Source: Ranitomeya imitator (Eukaryota). From it: a stretch of DNA of 64,000 nucleotides. The stretch spans positions 193,502,001-193,566,000 of the forward strand of contig NC_091289.1 of NCBI RefSeq assembly GCF_032444005.1, written 5' to 3'. The notes below the pieces were generated by a model, which was not told the DNA's origin, ran no database searches, and saw only the letters and a list, made by a program, of their open reading frames with translations. Of this stretch, positions 48,965-61,774 are shown piece after piece (position 1 is the stretch's first letter; every line of letters starts with the position of its first letter). A program made the position numbers and the translations under genes.

Positions 48965-50251
48965 CTATAGGGGAGAGAAGAAGAGGTAAGCGGAGCAGTG
49001 CGGACCACCCAACATCATGGCTGCAGTGTTCGCTGACGGAACCGCGCAGACACTTGTTTTCGATCATTTCCCGCTCTTCTGTAGAGGCGCCGTCATCTTT
49101 ATGGTTGCAGTCATTTTATGTAGTGCACGAGCTTAATGGTTACAGTCCGGGGGTACACGGTTCAGTTATCACCCTCCACCGGGGTGGGCACAGTCTCACC
49201 TATGTGGCGGCACTAAATATGTTACCTTGTGTTATTTTATACATTTCTCCGTTTTACTTATGGAAACTGGGGTGATGTCGAGTTTTATATTTTTTACTGT
49301 TTTGTGTTTTTTTTTTTTTACATTTTTACATACAGACGTAACCCTGTGATTGCCTTCTTGACTATACAATAAACTGAAGTACAAAAAAAGAAATTCTGGC
49401 CTCCAATACCGTATCTGAAAAACACTAGGAAAATAAAAGAAAAATTGTCACAGGAATAGAAATGCGTCCTGTACACACACGGCCGCGGTGCACATTAGAT
49501 AAAGCATTTTCTTTTAGAAACATTGTGAAAAAAAATTGACATTTTATTTGTGTTTTTTTACAGACTCCTCATGAATGTCTACAGGGAATAAAACGCTAAA
49601 ATAATCCCCAGGCGCCGGACTTTTCATCACCTCGATTTTACTTAACCCTGCTATTGTCTTCGGTCAAAAACGACCGACCTTGAACTTCAATATTCTTTAA
49701 AATATTCAAGATGCGGCTCTGAAACCCGTGGCCGACCGACCCATCCTCATTTAAGTCAATCAACCACAAGTTTCAGAACCGCATCTTGAACACCTCAAAA
49801 AATACCAAAGTTCAAAATAGGTCTAAACTGTTACATGCGGCAAATTTTCTGCACCATAAAAGATGCAGGGTTTTTGCTACATGGGAACACGACCTATGGA
49901 TTTTCAATGTGTGTTCGGTCCGGCAATATGGATTCTTCTTGTGGATTTGTTACAGATTTGTCCCCATTGAGTTCAATGCCGAAAGTTGAAAATCTGCAAC
50001 AAACTTACACTTTTTCTGCAAGTCCTGTGGGGAAAAAAAGTATTTTTTCACTTTTTTTTTTATGTGTTTCTTCCCTGCTTGTCTGATGGTCTCTGTATCC
50101 CTCCGGTCTCCTGCAGTGACAGCTCGTCCCCTGTGACCGCTGCAGCCGATCACTGACTGCCGCTGCCAGGATACATTTTAAAGTCCCTAAAATGAGCTTT
50201 TATCACAGCAGGACGTCCTCTTATCACAGGCTACAAGGTCACATTACTCAC

Positions 50252-50303
50252 TCCGCCACTGGCGCCGTGTACGAGGACCACCTCCCCGGGTTTGCCGTGT
50301 GTC
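50252..50303 (-). CDS. CRYZ: CRYZ copy A coding exon 4 (THGKPGEVVLVHGASGG)
   Basis: 52 nt, TAG/GTGAGT boundaries; NADPH-binding GASGG motif. Confidence 0.94.
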
Positions 50304-51157
50304 CTATGTAACAAAAGAGACAGATTTCTTAGATACTTAATCGATAACGACCCCAACATCTACGGGGCTCAGGGCTGATTCGGCCCAATAGGAGGCCTGT
50401 GAGGTTTATATTGCCAGAATTAACGCAGTGCGTTATGCAAGCGATCAAAGGTCCATGTACAAGTCTACTTGTGGGATTAATAAATGTCGAAAATAACATT
50501 TTAATCAAGTCTTATGACAAAAAGTCCAAAGTTAAAAAAAAAAAGTGTTACAAAATGCTTTAAAAAAAAAGAACAAGAAGGAAAAACAAAAATGTCACGG
50601 TATCACCGTATTTGTAACAACTCACATTTCTAAGAATTGCATTAATTATCACAGTGAACACCAGAAAGTAAAAACTAAAAGAACCGATCTCACATTTGCC
50701 CTAACTGATTGTTCATCCATATCCCACAGAAGATTTGAAATGAACTACTCATCCAGAAAAAACAACTTCGTGTTTATGGAGCTTCAAAGTTACAGGTCTT
50801 GAGGCGACACAAACACAACTTTTTTATTGTTCAAAAGTTTAAATTATTTAAAACAATAAATAAATAATAAATGTATCATGTCATTAAACCAAAATATTGA
50901 ATGCTATAAAAAGAAAACCCCAAAAATACAATGACACGTCTGCTGCTTTTATTTCATACCCCTCCTTTTAAAAAAAATAAATAAATAAATTGTTCTATTA
51001 GAAAAAAAATTGCAAAAAAATGAACATTTAAAAAAAAAGCCCCATTTGGCTAGAATGGTGAAAAAAATTTGACTTTAGGAATTGACAAGAAAAAAAAATG
51101 TTTGGTCATTTGGGCCTGAAATAGACTGGTCATTAACGGGTTAATTAAAAAAAATAA

Positions 51158-52179
51158 TGTGCAGATACAGCATTGTATCTTAAAAAACCAGACGACTATT
51201 TTTAGCAAACCAAGAAGAATAGACTGCTATCTGTATGTTGACTTTGAATTTTGGTGTTGATCAAGAAAACAGACTTTTGCTTGTGTAAGCCTGTAATATT
51301 GACATCTCATATAACATATTGTGCTCTTATCCTTGATGACTAGTTATGTTTACTGATATGCTAATTATGCATTGTGTAGGCCAGATAGTTTGGTGACTTC
51401 AAAAAGAGGAAAAACTATGCAAATAGATGAAATAATCAAGTAATGCTACTTGATCTCATCTCCATTCTTACCTTTTATGTCAATACTGAATGAAGGACAC
51501 TTGTATAAAATAGGTTACATGAATCTGTATAGAGAGACTGAGAGACAGCCAGAGATTCTGCCAAGACATCCAAACATCCAGGGGACCATACAGGACTGCT
51601 GCCAATTCAACATGGCCCCATCACGAGGGACACGGATTTATCATTCTACAGGAAACAACCTAGTGGACCCTGGCTCCAGTTAGAAGAATACAGATCTGCA
51701 ACATTGACCATTGCCGAACCATGGATACGTTTGGAGAAAGCCAAGATTGGGACCTGCCGGTCGCCTGGCTCCATGAAGATTTTTGCAGAAGCCAGGTTGT
51801 GACCCTCGGGTCAACTGGCCCTGTATCTCAATTGACTGTCATCTTCCTACGCTTATCGTTACCTCCTCATGCCACAGGAGGGGTAGTCAGCCCTGTGAGC
51901 TCTGAAGTAACAGCTGCCATTATCCCGGCGAGTCAGCGGAAGGGTGATACTCTGTAATGTGCACCATCTTGGGGTATTTTTCTGTGACTGTTCTATGTGT
52001 TATCTGCCTGTTTTGTGGTTCAATAAAAGTATTGCCACACTGTTTTACCCTCACACTAAGTTGTCTGAGTAGCATTATGCCCACATTAAAAGGAGAGCTG
52101 GCGTTTGGTGTGACGACCCCTGATTCATGCGGTTTTGGCTAGCGGACCAGGGCGCCTGCCGACCCTCCTTGTCTCCACA
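51158..52179 (+). mobile_element. Possible solo LTR in CRYZ-A intron 3
   Basis: TGTGCAGA...TCTCCACA short inverted ends, AATAAA at ~52022; TSD not clean (only TAA/ATAA). Confidence 0.4.
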
Positions 52180-52379
52180 TAAGAATATTCCTATTCAAGC
52201 AGCAATGTTGGGAGATGTTTACGTTATGTGTCTGTATACTGCCGTCCAGTGGTTGTGATGTGCATTGCAGCCTGTCTAGAGTGTTGCTTGCTGGTCACCA
52301 TTGAGTGAGAAATTGGAGTCCTTTCTACCCTTAGTTACCCTTAGTTAGGCCGATCCATGCAGACACCTATGGCGCTTAC

Positions 52380-52543
52380 TTTTGGAATAGAGCCCTGTAG
52401 GCAGTGAAGTATGGAATAGCAATGGCCGCTCCTTGCTTGAAGTTCAGCTGCTCGGGAAGTGGGTAGACTGTATCTTCTGAGGCGACTGCGTACTCCGCGT
52501 ATCCTCCTGTGATTGTTCCTGTGGTGAACACGCGATCTCCTTT
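52380..52543 (-). CDS. CRYZ: CRYZ copy A coding exon 3 ([18 protein letters not shown]...[13 protein letters not shown])
   Basis: 164 nt, AG/GTAAG boundaries; strong match to human [23 protein letters not shown]. Confidence 0.96.
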
Positions 52544-52989
52544 CTGTACAAGGTTTAAAATAAAAAATTATAATAATAAAAATAAAAGAACATCCTGGAC
52601 AAAACTGATAGCATTGTACAATGCACGGCCTGCCGTGCCTGGTTCTGAGGCTCAGTCCTATTCAAGAAAATGGCACAAAGCTGCAGAACCAGGCGCAGCC
52701 ACAACCGTATGCAAAATGTAACTGAACTAACACAGGTATGCAAGATTTGGGTTTATGAAAATGGTTTCAAATCCAATGACTGATCCTTATGTTTCTTTAT
52801 GCCCTAATTTCAAAAACAAAAAAAAATGTAACCATCATGTATGGTTTTTGCACAAAAGACTCGGGAAATTACGTAAAAGATGAACAAGAAAAATCTTTAT
52901 TGTAGCCAAAAATGTACACAGTATCATATATAAATAGTTATTTAACATTCATTCTACAACTTTATTTGAAATTAATTATTGCTTCTTTT

Positions 52990-54720
52990 CCTTTTCTCAT
53001 CTTTTGATCCCTTTTCTCTTCTAGAAGGCCTGCAGATCTCCTGTGTGAAGCATCTAGCAGTAGTCCTCCATCATCTTCACGATCCATCTACCGTGGTATT
53101 GTCGTTACATCTCCTTGATGTCGCCGTTCCATCTCCTTGATGTCGTCGTTCCATCTCCTTGATGTCGTCGTTCCATCTCCTTGATGTCGTCGTTCCATCT
53201 CCTTGATGTCGCCGTTCCATCTCCTTGATGTCGCCGTTCCATCTCCTTGATGTCGCCGTTCCATCTCCTTGATGTCGCCGTTCCATCTCCTTGATGTCGC
53301 CGTTCCATCTCCTTGATGTCGTCGTTCCATCTCCTTGATGTCGTCGTTCCATCTCCTTGATGTCGTCGTTCCATCTCCTTGATGTCGTCGTTCCATCTCC
53401 TTGATGTCGTCGTTCCATCTCCTTGATGTCGTCTTTCCATCTCCTTGATGTCGTCGTTCCATCTCCTTGATGACGCCGTTCCATCTCCTTGATGACGCCG
53501 TTCCATCTCCTTGATGACGCCGTTCCATCTCCTTGATGTTCCATTTCCTTGATATCTTCATTCCATCTCCTTCATGTAGTCATTCCATCTCCTTGATAGC
53601 TTCATTCCATCTCCTTGATGTCATCGTTCCATCTCCTTGATGTCGATATTCCATCTCCTTCATGTAGTCATTCCATCTCCTTGATAGCTTCATTCCATCT
53701 CCTTGATGTCATCGTTCCATCTCCTTGATATCTTCATTCCATCTCCTTCATGTAGTCGTTCCATCTCCTTGATGTCGTCATTTCATCTCCTTGATGATGT
53801 CATTCCATCTCCTTGATATCATTTTTCCATCTCCTTGATATCTTCATTCCATCTCCTTCATGTAGTCGTTCCATCTCCTTGATATCTTCATTCCATCTCC
53901 TTGATGTCATCGTTCCATCTCCTTGATGTCGATATTCCATCTCCTTGATGTCGTCGTTCCATCTCCTTGATGTAGTCATTCCATCTCCTTGATATCTTCA
54001 TTCCATCTCCTTGATGTCATCGTTCCATCTCCTTGATATCCTGGTGAAATCTCTCTCCTTGCTCTTCGCTAACAGGTCCAAGGTTTTCAGGAAAGTCGTC
54101 AAATGGGAATGTAAAAAAAATGTAACTTCAGACTCATTAGACAACCCGAGGCTCTGAAACGTTTCAGCATGTTCTCCACCATGGACTTTATGGATCTTTG
54201 TTGTCACTTAGCAATTTCTTCACAACTTCTTAAAAAGAATCACAAGCCTTTTTCTCAACAGCTTTCATTTTTGTTTTGTCGTTCTTCATGTGTTTCTGAA
54301 TATCCGGACCCATAAAAATACCTTCCTTCAGTTTTGCTTCGGCCAACACCTGAAACTTGGCATACAGGTAATTTAAAAGTCTCTCCTTCTTTCGGTAGAG
54401 ATTTCACAAACTGCTTCATCAGTCGGAGCCTAATGTGTAGAGGTGGCAGGAGAACTTCAGTGTGATCAACTAAACTTTCTGCAACTATGTTCTTAAGTTC
54501 AGGTTGCACAGATCTTCTCGTTGGCCAACTTTTTTGGCTCCGGTGATGACCCCTATCCCGGCTGTCCCATTCACACAATAAGCATGGCTACTACATGTAT
54601 CCTCCTTGTTGCCCAAGGAGTAAAGAGATAACTATGAGGATCAAGGATGGTCAATATGTGGTGATCGGAAAGTTAAGTTTCTCGAGAATAAGGTCTAAAT
54701 TCTCAAAGCTTTCCTTCAAG
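52990..54720 (-). pseudogene. Decayed DDE transposase, probably Chapaev/Transib-related
   Basis: Fragments LLGQQGGY..CLLCEWDSR, LPPLHIRLRLMKQFVK, FLHSHL, GERFHQDIKEME, YHGRW..MMEDYC with many stops and frameshifts. The family name is from memory of these motifs. Confidence 0.7.
53100..54040. repeat. 22-bp minisatellite (GTCGTCGTTCCATCTCCTTGAT) within the transposase remnant
   Basis: About 40 units lying between the ERFHQDIKEME and YHGRW coding segments. Confidence 0.96.
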
Positions 54721-55452
54721 TGACTGTAACAAAAAAAATCTGTCTTCGCTGCCTATAACAACCAATCACAATGCAGCTTTAATTTCTTATACTGCTGAGG
54801 TTCAATGAAAGCTGTGCTCTGATTGGATGCTATGGACACCACCACACTATTTGGAAGCCGGGTTAAGGAAATCTCTGCTCCCAGCAGCCAATCGCCAATT
54901 AATTTCTAACCAATCTAACGACACCAGAATCATCCACCAAAGGTCACGCAAAGGGGCTCAAAGTACGGTGAGAGGAAAAACCTATGAGGTTCGTGTTTGT
55001 GAAAAAACTGGACGGGATGGAATTTTTTCGATACTTTTACTGAGTATGGGAGAAGTTGTCATGGAGGTCTGGGTCAGTAAGGAGAAGAAAGGAAACGCTT
55101 TGGTGTCTACCACTACATGGCGGTAATGCATAGCGTCTTATGTTCAGTGCTGACATTATCGTCTGGCGAGGTGCCCACTATAAAATTGTGGAACGCCTGC
55201 GTAGGGAAGTTGTCCCGCCATCATAAGGATCATCGCCATCAGTATCGCTACAGGAACAGTCACACTGCTAGGACTTAGAGCATTAAATATGGCGACACTT
55301 GTATGACGAATGCTCCGATGGAAATGACCATCATTACTGACTCAGCGGGATGTTTATTCTGCTCCACAATAGGAAATACAGAAAGTATAAGAAATAGCGC
55401 CACCAAATGGCCAAATAAGCATAAAAAACCATATAAAAAACACTTCAACTAC

Positions 55453-55605
55453 CTTAAATGCCGTCACCTTCGTGCCAACATCCACCACCAGCCCCGAGGT
55501 GTCAGACCCGGGCGTGTAGGGTAAGCTCGGCTTCCATTCAAAGCTGCCAGATCTGATATCAGTCTCCACTGGGTTAATTCCGCATGCGTGCACTCGGATC
55601 AGAAC
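55453..55605 (-). CDS. CRYZ: CRYZ copy A coding exon 2 ([20 protein letters not shown]...TAFK)
   Basis: 153 nt, CAG/GT boundaries; matches human [27 protein letters not shown]. Confidence 0.96.
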
Positions 55606-56169
55606 CTGTAATGAAAGACAGGAAAAAAAAAAGATACAAAGCAAAAAGTCTCATCGATTAGTACATTTTCGCCTTCTTTTTTTTTTTAGTTTTCGTGCCA
55701 CATTCTTCTTTTACTTTGCACTTTTTTACGGCTTTTACTTTTGCCTATTTTTTTTTTTATATTCGCGGGTTTCAGGGTTTCCAGACGTTTGCAGAAGATT
55801 CATCAAATGCAACTTTTTAGGAAGTCACAACATTTTGGCGCCTATGTGCATGCCATTTTCCTCTGGAACGATTTTCTGAATTTTTTTGTTCCCCACAAAT
55901 TTTGTGACATTTTCGTAGAACCTACACATTTAAAGCCGCAGTGCATTTTAAAGGGCAAAAGAGAATTTTTTGATTTTGCACAAAATTTTTGAATTGTGTG
56001 CGCCATTTTGTGCCGTTTGGTGCTAAATATGTCAATGAAGGTGAAAAAGAGAAAAGTGGGTTTAAAAAAAAAAAATGTCCTAAATTTCTATTTCATGAGT
56101 GGACTTGCATTTTAAGCAATTCTCCACCATGCTCTAAACTGCAGCTTTGCTCCTTGCAAACATGTGTAC

Positions 56170-56277
56170 CTGGTTCTCTCCCGGTGAAGGCACTGGGACG
56201 TCGGTTTGGAGCTTCCGAACCTCCGGCTTCCCAAACTCTGAGACCCGAATTGCTCGCATGTACTTTGTGGAAGCCAT
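56170..56277 (-). CDS. CRYZ: CRYZ copy A coding exon 1 (MASTKYMRAIRVSEFGKPEVRKLQTDVPVPSPGENQ)
   Basis: 108 nt from ATG to a GT donor; acceptor TTTCAG 6 nt upstream of the ATG implies a non-coding first exon. Confidence 0.94.
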
Positions 56278-56804
56278 ACTGGTCTGAAACACATAAATAT
56301 ATGTATCCCCCCTATAATACAGGCGTCACACACAGCACGAGCACAGGGCACGAGAGCAGACCCCGACTGTATGCTGTAATGCCCCCGGACTTTATCGTTA
56401 TTGACCAAATGCCCCATACACTGCACTCCAGATTCTCCCCAATCCACGCGAGCCTGTTAATGGCGCAAGATCTGATCCAAATCACATTCCACAATAACTA
56501 AACGTGTCCCTGGATTAACTCATCGTTAAAAAATGGAAGCGGTCGTCAGAAAATGGCCCAATGGATACAATCAGATTTTTATATTAAATATATATTTTAA
56601 ATATTTTTGGCAATATTATTTTTTTGTATTAAAAATAGAAAAATGAAATCTTGCAGTTTTCACATCGGTCACTAATGCCCTGGTGTTTCAGGAAATGCAC
56701 ATGTTCATTAGCAGCACTGACATTCTGACCCTATCTATTGTATTGAAGCATCTAATGAGAGTGTGCAAAGGTCATTGTGAAGGGAGGTGGGGTAAGTGAG
56801 CTGT

Positions 56805-57830
56805 GGCTTCTCCTGAAGTGAATGGTGGATCCTGTGTTACCTACTGTATATAGAGGTGTTATCAGTCACTGTACAGGAGGAGGAGGTGAGCTGTGACATC
56901 ACCTATTGTGAATGGTGGATCCTGTGTTATCTACTGTATATAGAGGTGTTATCAGTCATTGTACAGGAGGAGGAGGTGAGCTGTGAAATCACCTATTGTG
57001 AATGGTGGATCCTGTGTTATCTACTGGATATAGAGGTATTATCAGTCATTGTACAGGAGGAGGTGAGCTGTGACATCACCTATTGTGAATGGTGGATCCT
57101 GGGTTATCTACTGTATATAGAGGTGTTATCAGTCATTGTACAGGAGGAGCAGGTGAGCTGTGACATCACCTATTGTGAATGGTGGATCCTGTGTTATCTA
57201 CTGGATATAGAGGTATTATCAGTCATTGTACAGGAGGAGGAGGTGAGCTGTGACATCACCTATTGTGAATGGTGGATCCTGTGTTATCTACTGTATATAG
57301 AGATGTTATCAGTCATTGTACAGGAGGAGGTGAGCTGTGACATCACCTATTGTGAATGGTGGATCCTGTGTTATCTACTGTATATAGAGGTGTTATCAGT
57401 CATTGTACAGGAGGAGGAGGAGGTGAGCTGTGACATCACCTATTGTGAATGGTGGATCCTGTATTATCTACTGTATATAGAGGTGTTATCAGTCATTGTA
57501 CAGGAGGAAGTGAGCTGTGACATCACCTATTGTGAATGGTGGATTCTGTGTTACCTACTGTATATAGAGGTGTTATCAGTCATTGTACAGGAGGAGAAGG
57601 TGAGCTGTAACATCACCTATTGTGAATGGTGGATCCTGTGTTATCTACTGTATATAGAGGGGTTATCAGTCACTGTATAGGAGGAGGAGGTGAGCTGTGA
57701 CATCACCTATTGTGAATGTTGGATCCTGTGTTATCAGCAGTATATAGAGGTGTTATCAGTCATTGTACAGGAGGAGGAGGAGGTGAGCTGTGGCATCACC
57801 TATTGTGAATGTTGGATCCTGTGTTATCAG
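56805..57830. repeat. 78-84-bp minisatellite (GTGAGCTGTGACATCACCTATTGTGAATGGTGGATCCTG...CAGGAGGAG)
   Basis: About 12 units differing mainly in the number of GAG triplets. Confidence 0.95.
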
Positions 57831-58860
57831 TCTTGTATAGAAGTGTTACATGCCATTGTAATCCTGCCTATGATGATAAGGAAACTGCTGATAGGTCTTC
57901 ATGAAAGGACAGGAAGTAGGAGTCTAAAAAATGTGTAATTTAAGCAATTTTTGGAGGATAGCTACCATTTAACATTTTTGTTTTCAATTGCTTGATAGAA
58001 AACCAGCAGGGAAACAATTAACATCAATTAAGCAAAATACAAAAATAAATAAATCCACATATAATGTAATGGGGAATCCTCAGACGCTGTATTTTCCCTT
58101 CTTCTCTGGATAGAAGACGTCTCCTGTGCCCCTCAGTACTGTATACCTGGTTCTTTGCCGACCTGCGAACAAGTGCAGATCTTAGGTAGGAGGTGGCAGT
58201 TACATCCGTCCTGCCTGTATACAATCATCGTCCTACTCTGTGCACACTTATATTGCAATATTAAGGCCCGGCGAGCCCCCCTGCTCCACGGCTGTATGAA
58301 GATGCCGTCAGGTTACAGGTAGAGCAGTGGGATCCAGCCTCACGCTCCCTGTAGGATTTCAACACCAGCGTCCGATGTCCCCTCCTGCCCCATTGGTGCA
58401 CTTACAGTACCGTGCACAGACATTCAAGATCGTTTTTTTTTTATTTTTACTCAAATGCAATTTGTACTAAAAAGTAATTTTCTTTTCTTTAAAAATGTTG
58501 CACCATTTGCTTTCTAGATTTTCAGTGCTGCACTAGCCATTGCTGGCTGCAGAATGAGTTAACTGAGGATCCATCAGTGAGCTCATTCTGATGCTCTAAT
58601 GGAGAGTTTGCACTTAGTTTTTTTTCTAAGATTTATGACTAGAGACCACATCAAAGTTAAATGTGCAGAGAAACTATGAGTCTGTATAAGAGAAATGGAG
58701 CAGAATTTTTAATGAAACCCAATTGCAAAAAATATTTTTAGCCCCAATTACATGCATTTAGGCAGAAACAATGTGTCCCCAAAGGTTGAGAACCCCTTTA
58801 AGTTTAGAGGTATTTACCTGTGATTAGGTGTTTCTCCTCAATTTCTTTTCTGATGTCTAA

Positions 58861-59053
58861 AGCTGCAGTCACACTAGCAGTATTCGGTCAGTATTTTACA
58901 TCAGTATTTGTAGCCAAAACCAAGAGTGGGTGATAAATACAGAAGTGGTGCAGATGTTTCTATTATACTTTTCCTCTATTTATTCCACTCCTGGTTTTGG
59001 CTACAAATACTGATGTAAAATACTGACCAAATACTGATAGTGTGACAGCAGCC
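58861..59053. mobile_element. Palindromic MITE (Harbinger-like)
   Basis: GCTGCAGTCACACTA...TAGTGTGACAGCAGC ends flanked by TAA/TTA; ~85-bp arms. Confidence 0.75.
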
Positions 59054-59434
59054 TTACTCATAAAAGAGGAACAGAAAGTCTGGGTGCAGAAGCTGCATCT
59101 TACCTGCCGCCTCTTCCAGATGATCATGGAGGAGACATCTGTACTCACAGCTCTTCTTGCTCCTTCCCTCCAGTCTGAAGTGCGCACTTCTTCAATGGGC
59201 AACTTTCCAAGATTTTCCAGGAGGCGGATGAAGTATCTCTGCAAATTCTTCTATCTTTCCCCAGCTCATCTGACTGCCCAGAGGTCGTAGTATCTTCAGA
59301 TGACTTTGGTGATTTATTTCTCCTGTCACTATCATCTTCTGTTCTTCAAATGAGTACATACTGATGGCAATGCAGCTGCAGACAGCAAATAGACTGGGAA
59401 AAGCCGGCGGAAGGTGCTAATGTGAAGGCTATAG

Positions 59435-60468
59435 TCCTATCATAGCTGTGATGCTCTGCGTGTTCCGACTCCTTTCTATCATAGCTGTGATGCTCTGCGT
59501 GTTCGGACACCTTTCTATCATAGCTGTGATGCTCTGTGTCCTAACTCCTTTCTATCATAGCTGTGATGCTCTGCATGTCCTGACACCGTTCTACCACAGC
59601 TGTGATGTTCTATGTGTCCTAACCCCTTTCTATCATAGCTGTGATGATCTGCGTGTTCTGACACCTTTCTATCATAGCTGTGATGCTGTGTGTCCTAACT
59701 CCTTTCTATCATAGCTGCAATGCTCTACATGTCCTGACACCGTTCTACTACAGCTGTGATGTTCTATGTGTCCTAACCCCTTTCTATCATAGCTGTGATG
59801 CTCTGTGTCCTATCTCCTTTCTATCATAGCTGTGATGCTCTGCGTGTCCTGACACCATTCTATCATAGCTGCGATGCACTGCGTGTCCTGACACCGTTCT
59901 ACCATAGCTGTGATGGTCTGTGTATCCTGACTCCTTTCTATCATAACTGCAATGCTCAGCATGGCCTGACTCCGTTCTATCATAGCTGTGATGTTCTGCG
60001 TGTCCTGACACCATTCTATAATAGCTGCGATGCACTGCATATTCTGACTCCTATCATTGCTCTGATGCTCTGCGTGTCCCGACACATTCTATCATATCTG
60101 TGATGCTGTGCGTGTCCTGACTCTGTTCTACCATAGCTGTGATGCTCTGCTTGTCCTGACACCATTCTATCATAGCTGCGATGCTCTGCGTGTCCTGACA
60201 CCATTCTATCATAGCTGCGATGCTCTGCGTGTACTGACTGTTCTACCATAGCTGTGATGCTCTGCTTGTCCTGACACCGTTCTATCATAGCTGCGATGCT
60301 CTGCCTGTCCTGACAAATTCTCTCATAGCTGCGATGCTCTGCGTGTCCTGACACCATTATATCATAGCTGCGATGCTCTGCGTGTCCTGACACCATTCTA
60401 TCATAGCTGCGATGCTCTGCTTTTCCTGACACCGTTCTATCATAGCTGTGATGCTCTGTGTGTCCTGC
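59435..60468. repeat. ~39-bp minisatellite (TTCTATCATAGCTGTGATGCTCTGCGTGTCCTGACACC)
   Basis: About 26 variable units. Confidence 0.95.
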
Positions 60469-60779
60469 ATTCTATGGTATTTTTTTCCCGTGAAATATGT
60501 TACTATTATGCAAAAATAGTAAAAACATGTAAATATGTGGTGCAGATTATTTATCTTTATCATTGAGATCCCGTTTAAAGGAATCATGAAAAACTTGTAT
60601 GCTGCAGTTTACAGTCAAAAAGTTGCAAATATTAGCCTTTTTTTTCCAGAACTTCTTTCACTACTTTTATAAAGCCCCAAGATGAGGTTTGGTGAAGATC
60701 TATGTCAGCCTGAGATGCAGCTGTCCCTGGAATCATGTGTCCTAGGACCAGCACCACGTGCAGGATGGGCACAGCTGCC

Positions 60780-60990
60780 CGGTCAGACTCCACGCACAGG
60801 ATGGCCCGCCGCAGCCCGGACTGACTCCACGCACAGGATGGCCTGCCGCAGCCCGGACTGACTCCACGCACAGGATGGCCCGCCGCAGCCCGGACAGACT
60901 CCACGCACAGGATGGCCCGCCGCAGCCCGGACTGACTCCACGCACAGGATGGCCCGCCGCAGCCCGGACTGACTCCACGCACAGGATGGC
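60780..60990. repeat. 37-bp minisatellite (GCCCGGACTGACTCCACGCACAGGATGGCCCGCCGCA)
   Basis: About 5.5 units. Confidence 0.93.
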
Positions 60991-61774
60991 CACTATTGCC
61001 CGGCCTCTTTGCAGAGATGTTTCTTTGGCCGCACCACCTAGCAGCAGCCATAATGTATTTTTTCCTATTATGGTTGTGGAAAGTTTTTCCTTTTTCCTGA
61101 ATTGTTTATCAGTAGTAATGAAGAGTCACCGTAAAGTGCAAACATGGAGGGAAGCTGCCGTGCCAGTGCTTTTATTATAGTGATGATTGACATGTAATCC
61201 TGTGATAATCCTGTCCCCGGTCATCCCTGCAGTGTGAACGGCTCCTGTACATACAAAAGGGATTTCACACAAAATATTCTTATTTGTTGTAAGGCCGTCA
61301 CCAATGCTGGCAGCTACGAGCGCACCCGAGGGTGGCGGGGCTTTGTATAAAGTGCTAGAAAAACATGGCGCCGGAGAATTGATATTGGTTCTGCAATCTG
61401 TATCAAGCTAAGTGGTGGTCCGACTCCCAGCACCCCACCGTTCAGCTGATTTTTGGCAGCGCAGCGTCAGACAAGCCCAGGTACAACCAAAGGATATTGT
61501 ACCAACTCAAAGATGAGGGAGATACAAAGCGTCTCTGATATATTACAGCCCCCTCTGCCACCAAAGTCTCAGAAAACTCCCCCCTTAGATGCCATAGACA
61601 TATCGTGGTGGGGGTGGGGGGTGATGGCTGCAGCCTCCTGCATTTGTTTTTAAAGGTTTTTCTGTAACATGTAAAATCCAGTGATGAGGAATCAGGCAGT
61701 GATCAGTTAACCCCCCTTCCCCCAAGAATCATAAGTGATTAGGGTTCTATAATCACAGCCAATCAGAAACAGGC

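Noticed and set aside
53077-53561. EMERRHQGDG repeat ORFs that resemble a coiled-coil protein
   Set aside because: 22-bp repeat read in three frames; real homology is limited to the flanking dead transposase.
58140-58200. Possible decayed extra CRYZ exon 1 (..SAKNQ|GTATAC)
   Set aside because: Similarity limited to about 20 nt at the donor; upstream residues do not match EFGGPEVLK.
59104-59375. Exon-like segment on minus with CAG acceptor and GTAAG donor
   Set aside because: All frames stop or lack recognisable homology; could be a UTR exon but cannot be supported without transcripts.
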